The translations under genes were made by a program, and so were the position numbers. The notes under the pieces are model-generated. The model was not told the origin of the DNA. It worked only from the letters and a program-made list of their open reading frames with translations, and searched no databases. From the IMG/VR virus record IMGVR_UViG_3300032030_000057, positions 1 through 64,000 of that record: a stretch of DNA of 64,000 nt. One strand, written 5' to 3'. Below, piece after piece: positions 18,600-28,152 of the stretch. The stretch comes from a virus (lineage: Duplodnaviria; Caudoviricetes). Within the stretch, counting starts at the first letter, position 1. Each line of letters starts with the position of its first letter.

Positions 18600-18945
18600 T
18601 TTCCGACCTGCTGCGAAATGCAGCGAAAAGGCAGGGGTTTAAATAGGAATGAAAACCCAGCAACAGAAGCAAAAAGCAACTACCTACAGTGTGGACCACA
18701 CCACCAGCAATGTCAAAGGCGTATTAACTTATCAAAATAGATAAGCGAGGCGAAAAGGCAGAAGGCAAGTAACACTAAATTCCACGGAATGCGGTGCGGA
18801 ATACTGAAAAGCAAAAGCGGTTACACCCAGTAACTATGGGGATGCAAAGTAAGTTAACTAAAACCTTCGGGGAAAGACAAACGAAATACTTTGCAAGGTA
18901 TTGCAAGGCAGCGAGATTATCTCAGCGAAGAAGGCAAAGAAATTT
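18600..18945 (+). ncRNA. Candidate structured non-coding RNA
   Basis: No convincing ORF; directly downstream of a promoter; many hairpins with GNRA-like/UUCG loops. Confidence 0.35.
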
Positions 18946-18962
18946 AATGTTTCACATGAAAC
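18946..18962 (+). repeat. parS-like site 1 (17-bp inverted repeat, left copy)
   Basis: AATGTTTCACATGAAAC; one central mismatch to TGTTTCACGTGAAACA. Confidence 0.7.
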
Positions 18963-19097
18963 CAACCAAATAACAAAACTTTTGCGAAATGCAAATTATA
19001 AGTTTTGTTTTATTTGCGTTTTTAATACTTTTCCAAAGTTACGAAACGAAAATAATGATTTGAAACAAATCTTTGGCGGATTTCTGGAGGAGGCTGA

Positions 19098-19115
19098 TGT
19101 TTCATGTGAAACATT
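19098..19115 (-). repeat. parS-like site 2 (17-bp inverted repeat, right copy)
   Basis: TGTTTCATGTGAAACATT; 19099-19115 is the exact reverse complement of site 1. Confidence 0.7.
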
Positions 19116-19218
19116 CTTTTGGTAAGGTAGGCAAATAATCGGTGTACCTGTAGCGAAAACAGGCTACCTACAATTTTTATTAATAAAATTTAGTATTAAT
19201 CTTTAAAAACTTACAATT

Positions 19219-19617
19219 ATGAAGAATTTTGATTTTATTGAGAGTGCAAATGTAGTGTTGAAGAATGTAGGCGCAGACTTGCGCGGTGGTAACAAGGAAT
19301 ACACAAGCATCAGCCGCGTATTGAAGGATATCCAGAGAAGGGATATGTTACGCGCTGGTTACGGCAAGGTATTCGAGGCATTAGGTTTGGAGGCTGGAGG
19401 CATTACGCCCGCAGATTTCTTTGCAGCTATACCAGAAGGAATGCACGGCACAGACAAGAAGGGCAACGACTTTGTCGGACTGTGGGGCTGGAAGGTGTTG
19501 GAGCGCGACGCAAACGGCAAGGTGACAAAGCGCGAAGCCGTATTGCGCAAGGTTACGTCGTGGAGCCCGAACAAGTTGTTCAAGGTCTGGGCTCAAGCAA
19601 ACGAGTTGAATAAGTAG
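19219..19617 (+). CDS. First early gene, hypothetical protein
   Basis: 132 aa, A-rich translation start, strong codon bias. Confidence 0.7.
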   Translation: MKNFDFIESANVVLKNVGADLRGGNKEYTSISRVLKDIQRRDMLRAGYGKVFEALGLEAGGITPADFFAAIPEGMHGTDKKGNDFVGLWGWKVLERDANGKVTKREAVLRKVTSWSPNKLFKVWAQANELNK

Positions 19618-19737
19618 TGTTGCAGCTCGACTATGCGAGGGTAAATAGGCGTTAGGCATAGTGCGTTATTAGGGCATGGTGTATCCTTTTGGGTGCATTA
19701 TGCCCTTTTAGGTCGTATTAATCTAAAAGCAGGAATT

Positions 19738-19932
19738 ATGACTAAAAAAGTAGATTTTAAATTGCGTTGTGCTTACATAGCACAAATGTACATCCTTTTA
19801 GCAGAGCGTGCGCTAATAGATGTAAAGTATTGTTACGCATTACAAGGACTTTTGTACGATGACGAAAAAGATTTGCAGCGGTACGACGTATTCGCAAGCA
19901 AAGCAAAAAAGTTCAACGAGTTAGCAAAATAG
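19738..19932 (+). CDS. Hypothetical early protein
   Basis: MTKKVDFKLRCAY...; likely start 19738. Confidence 0.5.
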   Translation: MTKKVDFKLRCAYIAQMYILLAERALIDVKYCYALQGLLYDDEKDLQRYDVFASKAKKFNELAK

Positions 19933-20024
19933 CATTATTGTAAGCAGGCGCAAAGCAGGTGCGTTCACTCTCACCATGCCCGCCCGCCAGCGTCATATAG
20001 TATTAACTTTAAACAATTGTAGAG

Positions 20025-20177
20025 ATGAGAGCAAAAATCAGTTGGAAAATCGGCAACTGGGCCGTTTATGGTGTTGGTTGCGTATTGTTGGCTCAAGGAT
20101 TGAGCGAGCGTTTTGCGAGAGAGTGTGTTAACGACCTCCGTTCGCGTGGTCAAGTAGTAACTATGACGGAAGAATAA
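20025..20177 (+). CDS. Small hypothetical early protein (not in ORF track)
   Basis: MRAKISWKIGNWAVYGVG...TEE*; good translation start. Confidence 0.5.
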   Translation: MRAKISWKIGNWAVYGVGCVLLAQGLSERFARECVNDLRSRGQVVTMTEE

Positions 20178-20179
20178 TT

Positions 20180-20362
20180 ATGTTGTTCGAGATTATATTG
20201 TCGGTGTTAGTCGTCGCTAATGTTGGCTTTGTATTGTTGTACGATGCTTTGTCGTACGACTGCAAGGTGGATGCGTATTGCAAGGATGCGGATGCGTTTT
20301 GCAAGGATGCGGATGACTTTTGCGACAAGTCTGGCAATATCAAATGGAGAGTTAGGATATGA
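20180..20362 (+). CDS. Small membrane protein with 7-aa Cys/Asp repeats
   Basis: N-terminal TM segment; DAYCKDA-DAFCKDA-DDFCDK from a 21-bp tandem repeat. Confidence 0.55.
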   Translation: MLFEIILSVLVVANVGFVLLYDALSYDCKVDAYCKDADAFCKDADDFCDKSGNIKWRVRI

Positions 20363-20526
20363 GAAACAATTTCGAGATTTTGGTATGCGTGCTCGTTGTC
20401 GTCGGCTCTTTGGCTACGATGGGCGGTTTGTGGTTCTGTGACCTTCGCGTGTTTGTCGCTGGTCTCATCGTTGGCGGCTTGTTGCCTATATTGTTGGCTG
20501 GTATTGTATGCAATATGAAGTATTAA
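20359..20526 (+). CDS. Small two-TM membrane protein (not in ORF track)
   Basis: MRNNFEILVCVLVVVGSLATMGGLWFCDLRVFVAGLIVGGLLPILLAGIVCNMKY*. Confidence 0.55.
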   Translation: MRNNFEILVCVLVVVGSLATMGGLWFCDLRVFVAGLIVGGLLPILLAGIVCNMKY

Positions 20527-20870
20527 TGTTATGAAGAATTTTCGTTCTTTTGATGCGTTGATGGCTCAGCTTGACCGCATCTACAAGTTGTATCTGAAGG
20601 GATATGGGAGCTCTAAACTGATAGAGCGTGCGGATAACTTTATGTTCCGTCGCTTTGGTAACGTCGGATTAATGGTGTGATATTATGTTTGCAATGAAAG
20701 TTACTAAGCTTGTATTGTCTATGATTGACAACAAGCAGGTTGTTGTGCCTATTGTGTTTGCTTGTGCATTCATTCAGTTCTGCGAGCACGCACACATCCC
20801 TTGTTATGGTGGTGCGTTGAGCAGTGATTTTACTGAGCAGATTTTCTACACGGATTAAGATGGCTGAAAT

Positions 20871-21275
20871 ATGAGACAAAAGATAAAAGTATATCAGGTG
20901 CAAGTTGTTCGCTTTGATAAAAAAGGAAACTTTATCCCTAAAGATTTGCGCAATCACAATGTTGTCTGTATAGGTACTGTAATAACACCAAAGGGCAAGC
21001 GTGCTTTTACTGAGGAAACTATCTGGGATTTGTTCAACTGGACTTGCTGGGGTTGGGGTAAGCTAACAGGGAAAAGTTGGATATACGGCATACGCAACGG
21101 CATAAGACGTGACGGATTTCGAATGTTTCCAACTACACGCGCACAAGGTTACTGCAATTCCGACATATTCTTCTTTATGGATGGAAAGTGGTATGCAGCA
21201 GCGCATTGTGGTTTTAAGTGCTTCGATAGCAAAGAGGATGCTATTGAGTTTTGTAAAGAAAATACACGCAACTAA
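20871..21275 (+). CDS. Hypothetical early protein
   Basis: 134-aa ORF. Confidence 0.65.
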   Translation: MRQKIKVYQVQVVRFDKKGNFIPKDLRNHNVVCIGTVITPKGKRAFTEETIWDLFNWTCWGWGKLTGKSWIYGIRNGIRRDGFRMFPTTRAQGYCNSDIFFFMDGKWYAAAHCGFKCFDSKEDAIEFCKENTRN

Positions 21276-21292
21276 AAGCAGGAAGACTGAAT

Positions 21293-21595
21293 ATGGAAAG
21301 AGTAAGATGCGAAGAAATAGTGCTTGACTCGTATGCAGTTGGCACTACGGATATAATGGACTATGCGGATGCACATCCTAACGAATATTTCGACTATACG
21401 GATGTACGCAGCAACAAGACAAACTTTGGCAGGCTCATGGTCAGCGAGCACGAACCATCAAATGTGGAATTAGAGTGCGACAGACGTGGATTGACTGAGT
21501 GGCATGAATTGTACAATGGTTGGCAGCGCACAAGCAACTGTCTTGGTGTGTGGGTGTGCAGGAAGAACGGAAGATACATTATTATAACAGATTAA
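21293..21595 (+). CDS. Hypothetical early protein
   Basis: 100-aa ORF. Confidence 0.6.
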   Translation: MERVRCEEIVLDSYAVGTTDIMDYADAHPNEYFDYTDVRSNKTNFGRLMVSEHEPSNVELECDRRGLTEWHELYNGWQRTSNCLGVWVCRKNGRYIIITD

Positions 21596-21607
21596 ATAGT
21601 TGAAGTT

Positions 21608-21865
21608 ATGAAAAAGAAGTTAGCAGAAACAATCGTTAAGCATTGGAACGAGTATTTCGCAGGTAGTACGGATGCGACGAAGACCAAAGCGGTGTTATAT
21701 TGTGCACGCAAGGGTTATTATGATGTAGAGATTATCCCAGACGGAGATAAGAATGACGGTCTCGTATTCCACCATATTGAAGAACTGAACTCGGTATGTA
21801 AGTTTTTCAGAGTTAATTGCTATGTATCCGTTTGGAAAGGCAAGGCTATTGGTAATATGTTTTAA
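21608..21865 (+). CDS. Hypothetical early protein
   Basis: 85-aa ORF. Confidence 0.6.
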   Translation: MKKKLAETIVKHWNEYFAGSTDATKTKAVLYCARKGYYDVEIIPDGDKNDGLVFHHIEELNSVCKFFRVNCYVSVWKGKAIGNMF

Positions 21866-21898
21866 TAACAATATGTTGGACGAATTAAAGAAGATGTT

Positions 21899-22450
21899 AT
21901 GAACAAGCGAGAGTTGACAAAGATGTTCCCGTGGCTTACATCGGGAAAGTTGGACTACGAGTTGAAACAAGTCCGCAAGACCTACAAGACTGAGCGCGGA
22001 TTCTTGAACCACCTCAAGTTGGAGAATGACAAGAATGCTGACAAGTTCGGTATGCCAGACGTCAAGCGTATCTATATCGACATCACTTGGAAGAAGTCGC
22101 GTACATGGGGCAACTGTCCGCACGCAGAGTGGGAATGTTGGTTCAAGGACGGTTCGTACAGACACGGCAAGACAAGTGCAAGCGGCTGGGGCTATGACAA
22201 ACACAGTACAGTAGTCGCAAACGTGATGAATGCGGTTGCGAAGGGTATGGCGTGGCGAAAGCGTAACTCCCGCAAGGTCGCTCCGTATGGTCTGGAGCAC
22301 GTCGGCAAGGGTAAGTCGAAGGAATGGCCACCATATTTCGAGGGCGGTATCGGCATCAGTTGCTATCCGCGTATCGTAGAATATCTCGGTGGTAAGATGG
22401 AGAGCCATGCAGGGAAGGTTTGGGATGAGCACATCATCACGTTCAAGTAA
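21899..22450 (+). CDS. Hypothetical early protein
   Basis: 183 aa; ASGWGYDK.ST motif. Confidence 0.7.
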   Translation: MNKRELTKMFPWLTSGKLDYELKQVRKTYKTERGFLNHLKLENDKNADKFGMPDVKRIYIDITWKKSRTWGNCPHAEWECWFKDGSYRHGKTSASGWGYDKHSTVVANVMNAVAKGMAWRKRNSRKVAPYGLEHVGKGKSKEWPPYFEGGIGISCYPRIVEYLGGKMESHAGKVWDEHIITFK

Positions 22451-22459
22451 ACTCTATCG

Positions 22460-22527
22460 GGCAGGGTGGCGAATCACTATCGTCGCGCCCGCCTGCCGTC
22501 ATCAGACAAACATCATTTAGTATTAAC
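22460..22527 (+). promoter_or_regulatory. Early-region hairpin (ATCACTA loop) plus AGTATTAAC box
   Basis: GGCAGGGTGGCGA-ATCACTA-TCGTCGCGCCCGCCTGCC, then AGTATTAAC; related copies at ~19955, 25786 and 29113. Confidence 0.55.
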
Positions 22528-22554
22528 TTTTAAACAAACAAGGAGAAAAGAATT

Positions 22555-24357
22555 ATGGCAAGTAATGGAACTATCGCACACAGATTTGCGAACAAGGATT
22601 ACAATTTCGAGAAGGGTTTGAAGGGTTCATCGACACACATCGACGGACGTAACTACTACTCATATTCGACCGTATTCGGCCAGTGGGTAGACGAAAAGGT
22701 CTGCTTAGTATTCCACGGAGATACATCTATCACGTCGCACAAACATTTCCTTTGGGGTAGCGACTTCCCTAAAGACGTGATACTCCTCCCATACGACGAC
22801 GGAGGACGTGGTGGTTATTATGGCTCATGGCATGGTTGTGACCTCCTCGGTTGGTCTGGAGAGTGGAATTTCACCAAGCGCGTTGAACTCATAGACTACT
22901 ACGTCAACAAAATATACAATTCTCTCGAAGCCATCAACGGTGGCACAAAGAAGAATCTGGAAAACAATGCCAGTCGCACGATTGAGTCGTATTGGGGCTA
23001 CGTCATGAAACTATGTGCCATGTATCGTGATACGACAATCAACAAGTGGCTGAGGGTTAAGCGTACCGACCTTGACGGTGAGTGGAAACGCAAGAAGAAA
23101 CTTGTAAAGGAACTGGATGCTCAGAATATGGATGTGCAGTCTTTGGTTGACATCGTGTTCGGTGAGGGTACGTGGAAGGCTTACTACGACTACTGCGCAC
23201 GTTACCGCAAGGCTGCTGACAGTCGTGCAAAGATTGAAACGTTGTGCAAGCGTATTGGCATTGCAAGTCCTTATGAGAAGTGGGGTGGTTACGATGTACT
23301 TGACCACGAAATGAGTGCCGACGACATCCGCAAGCTGACTGCAAAGGAGCGTGTTGACCTGCACTTCCGAGCACTTGCATTCAAGGAATACAAGGAGCAC
23401 GAGAAAGAGCGCGAGGAGAAGTACAACAAGAATTTCCGCAACGCATACAAGTGGATTGTAGACTCTGAGCCGAAACAGAAATCTTGGGGTGGTGGCTACG
23501 AGAAAGATGTCCACAACAACTGCATCAACAAGGACAGCGGTGTTGTATATGAGTGCAGCGGCAGATACATCTTCGGATTCTACTGGTGCAAAACCAGTGT
23601 GTCGTTCGACTACGATTCGTTCCGTAAGAGCGAGGACAAGGAGCAGTGGATTGCAGACTTCTATGCAATGTGCAAGGAAGTTGCCGACAACCGCAAGGCA
23701 ATCGGAATCCTTAGACGTATCAAGGCACATGTCAAGGATAAGGTACACTATTTGGACGATGACGTGTACCTCAACGATGATTACCTGCGAGAGAACACGA
23801 GTCCGAGTGAGTACATCCTCTGTTCGCACTTTATCTACTTGCAGGACAAGCACTATGCTGACGAGGAGGCTCGCAGACGTGCGGCTGAAATTGCACGCAA
23901 GCAGAGAGAGGAAGAGGAGCGTAAGGAGAAAGAGTTACAGGAGCGCATCAAGCAGGAGCAGATTGATGCCTGCATCGAGCGTGGCGTTGACGGCTATCGT
24001 GACCTGTGGAGACTGCACTATATGGATGTGTACGGAGCAGAAAGCCAGTCGTGTTCGGATGATTTCTTCTATGGCGGTAACGTCCTGCTTCGCTTCTCCA
24101 TGAACAAGGACAAGATTGAATCCTCAAAGCACATCCGTCTGACGATTCCAACATGCAAGGCTATGTGGAAGATTGTCAGCAAGTGGCACAACGACCCGAA
24201 GTCATTCAAGGAGATGAATATCAAGACGCTCGACGGCAGCTACACCATTAGCAGCTATCGCAACGACATCCTGACCGCTGGTTGTCACGACATCGCGTAC
24301 GCTGAAATGGAGCACATGTACAACGAGATTGTTAAACTTGAGAACGAGGCAGCATGA
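22555..24357 (+). CDS. Large hypothetical early protein (600 aa)
   Basis: Long ORF with a charged coiled-coil and a C-terminal TAGCH.I domain. Confidence 0.8.
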   Translation: MASNGTIAHRFANKDYNFEKGLKGSSTHIDGRNYYSYSTVFGQWVDEKVCLVFHGDTSITSHKHFLWGSDFPKDVILLPYDDGGRGGYYGSWHGCDLLGWSGEWNFTKRVELIDYYVNKIYNSLEAINGGTKKNLENNASRTIESYWGYVMKLCAMYRDTTINKWLRVKRTDLDGEWKRKKKLVKELDAQNMDVQSLVDIVFGEGTWKAYYDYCARYRKAADSRAKIETLCKRIGIASPYEKWGGYDVLDHEMSADDIRKLTAKERVDLHFRALAFKEYKEHEKEREEKYNKNFRNAYKWIVDSEPKQKSWGGGYEKDVHNNCINKDSGVVYECSGRYIFGFYWCKTSVSFDYDSFRKSEDKEQWIADFYAMCKEVADNRKAIGILRRIKAHVKDKVHYLDDDVYLNDDYLRENTSPSEYILCSHFIYLQDKHYADEEARRRAAEIARKQREEEERKEKELQERIKQEQIDACIERGVDGYRDLWRLHYMDVYGAESQSCSDDFFYGGNVLLRFSMNKDKIESSKHIRLTIPTCKAMWKIVSKWHNDPKSFKEMNIKTLDGSYTISSYRNDILTAGCHDIAYAEMEHMYNEIVKLENEAA

Positions 24358-24542
24358 AGTACAAAGGTTATAACATCGGTAAACTCTCACGTTCGGTCTA
24401 TGAACTCGGACGTGAGGGTTATTGGTGGAACGTGAACAAGGACGGACGCAACGTACACTTTGACACACTGAGAGAAGCAAAGGAGTGGATAAATAAGCAA
24501 AATGCAAGCAAATTACAAGCAAATGAAGTACAAGGAAGTTAA
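24354..24542 (+). CDS. Hypothetical protein
   Basis: 62 aa; FDTLREAKEWI motif. Confidence 0.55.
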   Translation: MKYKGYNIGKLSRSVYELGREGYWWNVNKDGRNVHFDTLREAKEWINKQNASKLQANEVQGS

Positions 24543-24657
24543 GACGCAGAGCAGCACTAACGATTGCGACGAGTGCTGCTTTGCACTTTCCTGCATCAAC
24601 CCATGCAGGTTAAATAGAGGTTATCATTACGAAAAAGTAAAATAAAAAAGTAAGATT

Positions 24658-24870
24658 ATGACAAAAGAAGAGTTAAAAGATTATTTGGTCTGTGAAGCAG
24701 GTTACTCAGACGAGGAAGTTAAAAGTATGACAGACTTCGACTTGGTTGACGCATACCTTACATGGGAAGGCATCATTGGATATACAGAAATCATTGTAGA
24801 TGTAGTGCGTCACGCTTTTGGCGACATGTCAGACGACGAAGATATTATAGATATTTTATATAACAGCTAA
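24658..24870 (+). CDS. Small acidic hypothetical protein
   Basis: 70 aa, D/E-rich. Confidence 0.6.
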   Translation: MTKEELKDYLVCEAGYSDEEVKSMTDFDLVDAYLTWEGIIGYTEIIVDVVRHAFGDMSDDEDIIDILYNS

Positions 24871-24882
24871 AACACTACAACT

Positions 24883-25800
24883 ATGGAAAATAATTATGAA
24901 AAGAGATTCCTGACAAAGGACGGAAACACAAGAATCAGTATCTATCGTGAAGAATATGCAGAGAATCCTCGCGACACGACCGACGAGCCTCTGCGCTGCG
25001 AGGACTGGTCAAGAGACTACTCTATTATGAACAAGCATGAGAGAGAAACAAAATCTGAGAACGCCTGCAAGTGGATTCGTTACATGCTTGAGCGATATGG
25101 CAACACAAAGGAAATCGTCAAGGTTCTACGTGAAAACGCGAAAGCCGAAAAGCATGAAGAGGATGACGATGCTCTTGTGTACGACGCATCACGTCGTGAG
25201 TGGATTCTCAAGTGCTGGATAGCTCGTTGGACTGATTATAGCGGTGAGATTCACGGCAACTGCTGGAGTGAAGAGGTGTATTGGGGAATCAAGCTGAAAG
25301 ACCTTGAAGCATCAGACATAGTTCCGTACCTGTCAGACGATATGATTGAAGAGTTTTCTGATGAGAAGTATTTCACTGACGGCATAAAGATGATGTCATA
25401 CGGCTTCGGCTACCATGGAGATATATCTTTCTACCGCGAGTTCTCTACCGATAGCGAGGGCATTGCATGGATTGAGAAGGACGAGTTCTTGAGATACTCT
25501 GGCAATGGCGAGGACTATTGGAAAGACTTCGATTGCTATGACATCGAAAGATGGTTGATTAAAGCGTTGGAGGCTTGGGGCAACAACGAGGTCTATGGCT
25601 TTGTTGTTGAGGACTGTATCAAAAGCAAGGTTCACAAGGAGTACACCAATGTAGACAAAGAGGACGAGGACTACGAAGAAGAAGAGTGGGAAGAGAAAGA
25701 CTCATGTTGGGGATTCTACGGAGAACTTGACGACAAACAAATCGGATACATTCTTGAGTGTGCAGGTTATAAGATTGAAGAACTTGACGAGGTGGCGTGA
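24883..25800 (+). CDS. Acidic hypothetical protein (ENPR...DSCWGFYG pattern)
   Basis: 305 aa, D/E-rich. Confidence 0.75.
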   Translation: MENNYEKRFLTKDGNTRISIYREEYAENPRDTTDEPLRCEDWSRDYSIMNKHERETKSENACKWIRYMLERYGNTKEIVKVLRENAKAEKHEEDDDALVYDASRREWILKCWIARWTDYSGEIHGNCWSEEVYWGIKLKDLEASDIVPYLSDDMIEEFSDEKYFTDGIKMMSYGFGYHGDISFYREFSTDSEGIAWIEKDEFLRYSGNGEDYWKDFDCYDIERWLIKALEAWGNNEVYGFVVEDCIKSKVHKEYTNVDKEDEDYEEEEWEEKDSCWGFYGELDDKQIGYILECAGYKIEELDEVA

Positions 25801-25839
25801 ATCACTATCACGCGCCGCCCGTCGCTAAACGATACAATT

Positions 25840-26127
25840 ATGACACATGACGAAATCAAGGCAGCGGTAAAGCTGCTCAAGGCAAATCCTATAGAGGATT
25901 ATTGGAAACCGAAAAACATCGGAGAGTTTACCGCACAAAGAATCGAGGCCAACCATCTCGGATGCAGGATGTATCTTCTTGGTCAGGAGAACGGACTCGA
26001 CGACCTATACTGCTACGGCACTGGATGCGTCTACCTGCAGATTAGCCGTGTGCCGAACACTCACTGGCTCAATGAGAGCGGGTACACATATATGGTTTGG
26101 AAAGAGGTTCGCGTCTCACTCCAGTGA
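25840..26127 (+). CDS. Hypothetical protein
   Basis: 95-aa ORF. Confidence 0.6.
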   Translation: MTHDEIKAAVKLLKANPIEDYWKPKNIGEFTAQRIEANHLGCRMYLLGQENGLDDLYCYGTGCVYLQISRVPNTHWLNESGYTYMVWKEVRVSLQ

Positions 26128-26279
26128 TATACACACTGAGGATTCAAGACGTATCCTTCGAGGATGAATAATGAAAGGAAAAGATATATCTCATTTGTTT
26201 AAGTTAATACTAATTTTCGGGTGCGTGGCGTGCTGCTGCGTACCCTCCTTTTTGAAACAACTTTTAAAACGATATAATT

Positions 26280-27359
26280 ATGAATTATCCCGAAGAATTA
26301 AGAGAAAGATGGAATGAGTGCCAATTTGATGACCGCGACATCATTCAGAAGTTTTTGGAAAAGCAGTACGACATTCGCTATGGTCGTCAGCGTGACACAT
26401 GGCACTTTGAGCCTGCCGTTGAAGTCGTTGCACATAACGGCTCACTTGTCCTTGTCCACGATATTAAATTGGATAAAGACAGGTTTGTCGTATTCTGCGT
26501 AGAGGCTTTCTGTGAAAAGAATGCTGAGTGGGAGTGTTTCGACTTCGCATACGGAGAGTTAAGCAAGGTTATCGAAGCTCTTCCTGATGCTGATGAGATA
26601 AATAAGAAAAACGCACTTGATGACCTCGTTAAAATGAATGATAATCTGCGCATTGACCTGTTGCTTGGAGAAAGCCCATTTATCTACAACACAGACAAAA
26701 GGATATGCTGGTCTGAATTTGTAGATGGTAGTGCTTTTAACTTCAACAAACTCGTAGATGTTTATGGAGTAGACTTTATCGTTAAGTTTAGAGACCACAT
26801 CAACATAGAGGTTCTTCACAGGAGCAAGGAGTACAAGGAGTTGATGGAGTTGCTTTCACTTCAAGAGAATTTAAGGTTCGAGTGTCAGAACTACGGAGAC
26901 GCAACATTCGTTATTGACGGAACAGATATGACGTTTAACGTGTCATCGCTGAGGAGAGACGACAAAGGTAATCTTGTTATCTATGGCGGTGATATTAACG
27001 CAGATGTGTGTGACGGAATTACATTGACCGAAAAAGAAATCAAGCCAGAGTATCTTACAAGCATCATTGAGTGTATGAAACCAAAGTACACCGACATCAT
27101 GAACACATACAACGGACACAACCCAGAGCTTGTTCGCAAGATTAACGATGCGTGGAAGAATGAAAAGTATCACGATTCGTTTGGCGACATCTTGTATGCG
27201 ATTGCTTGCAGGGACATGGATGAGTGGAAAGAAAAGTATGACGATATTATTCACGACTCAGAAGACGCAATGTATCACGCTGATGAAATCATGGAGGGTG
27301 TCTGTGACGATTTGGATTTGAAAACAATTCTTAACTTTATCAGATATGAAGAAGAATAG
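26280..27359 (+). CDS. Hypothetical acidic protein
   Basis: 359-aa ORF. Confidence 0.75.
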   Translation: MNYPEELRERWNECQFDDRDIIQKFLEKQYDIRYGRQRDTWHFEPAVEVVAHNGSLVLVHDIKLDKDRFVVFCVEAFCEKNAEWECFDFAYGELSKVIEALPDADEINKKNALDDLVKMNDNLRIDLLLGESPFIYNTDKRICWSEFVDGSAFNFNKLVDVYGVDFIVKFRDHINIEVLHRSKEYKELMELLSLQENLRFECQNYGDATFVIDGTDMTFNVSSLRRDDKGNLVIYGGDINADVCDGITLTEKEIKPEYLTSIIECMKPKYTDIMNTYNGHNPELVRKINDAWKNEKYHDSFGDILYAIACRDMDEWKEKYDDIIHDSEDAMYHADEIMEGVCDDLDLKTILNFIRYEEE

Positions 27360-27565
27360 TGTTTTGAGTATACTGCTTATACTCCTGTTTGTATTACTTG
27401 CCTGCGCATCGGTTGCCTTCTTGGTCATCGGTGCATGGTGGAACTCTTGGGCCATAGCTTGTATTGCGGTACTGATTTACGTCGCCATCCGCGAGTGGTA
27501 GGGTGTATCGCGCACACGCATAGCTATAATAATTATTAATATTTAATTAATTAGTATATACTATT

Positions 27566-27934
27566 ATGAAATTTTACAGTCAAATTAATTTTGGAAAAAT
27601 TGCGTGCATCCTTACACAGGCAGCACAAGGGTTATCGTCAATTACAGGTTGCAACCTTATCGTATCGGACATGGTCTACTCTCTAACAGACCTCAGCACG
27701 AATCTTCATGGCGGAGGTTTCAATGAGCCGTATTTCATAGCTATAAGGGAGATGGGTACTGAGTCTGGTAACAAAGAACACTGCATCGAACGTTGCAAAG
27801 GTCTTGGCTATCCTCTTGTCATTGCGAAGATTGAGAAGGACAAGGTCTGCGACTGCAATATGACAATCATGCTCACCCATAACTGGATGAACGGAGACAA
27901 TAACTATATGGAACAGGAATTTAATTCGCTTTAA
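27566..27934 (+). CDS. Hypothetical protein
   Basis: 122-aa ORF. Confidence 0.6.
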   Translation: MKFYSQINFGKIACILTQAAQGLSSITGCNLIVSDMVYSLTDLSTNLHGGGFNEPYFIAIREMGTESGNKEHCIERCKGLGYPLVIAKIEKDKVCDCNMTIMLTHNWMNGDNNYMEQEFNSL

Positions 27935-27935
27935 T

Positions 27936-28127
27936 ATGAACAATGAAGAAATAAAGAAGGCTCTTGAAGCACTTGAAATCGCTGACAAAAAGCTATATAA
28001 AAGCGAGGAGTGCTCTTTATGTCTTTACAATGAAGTGTCAGATTACATTAAAGTTGCAAAAGATATATTAACGAGAGAACAGGATAACAGACGTTCACAC
28101 TCTGCGCCCACCGACGACAAACATTAA
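27936..28127 (+). CDS. Hypothetical protein
   Basis: 63-aa ORF. Confidence 0.5.
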   Translation: MNNEEIKKALEALEIADKKLYKSEECSLCLYNEVSDYIKVAKDILTREQDNRRSHSAPTDDKH

Positions 28128-28152
28128 TATTAACATTAAAACAACAACAATT

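Noticed and set aside
18618-18740. 40-codon ORF MQRKGRGLNRNENP... inside the candidate ncRNA
   Set aside because: No A-rich start context, atypical composition, and it overlaps strong hairpins
21695-24103. Long opposite-strand or alternate-frame ORFs (21695..22432, 23011..23853, 23489..24103; also 46540..47088, 48730..49774, 54769..55413)
   Set aside because: Shadows of real genes with strong codon bias; no translation-start context or motifs
24546-24610. Twin hairpins (GCAGAGCAGCACT/AGTGCTGCTTTGC and CCTGCAT/ATGCAGG) as a novel RNA
   Set aside because: Single occurrence with no conserved loop; most simply an intergenic terminator or stability hairpin
26130-26180. Hammerhead ribozyme (CTGAGGA ... 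GAAA)
   Set aside because: Core-like words are present, but I could not form stems I/III or a proper stem II closing at GAAA
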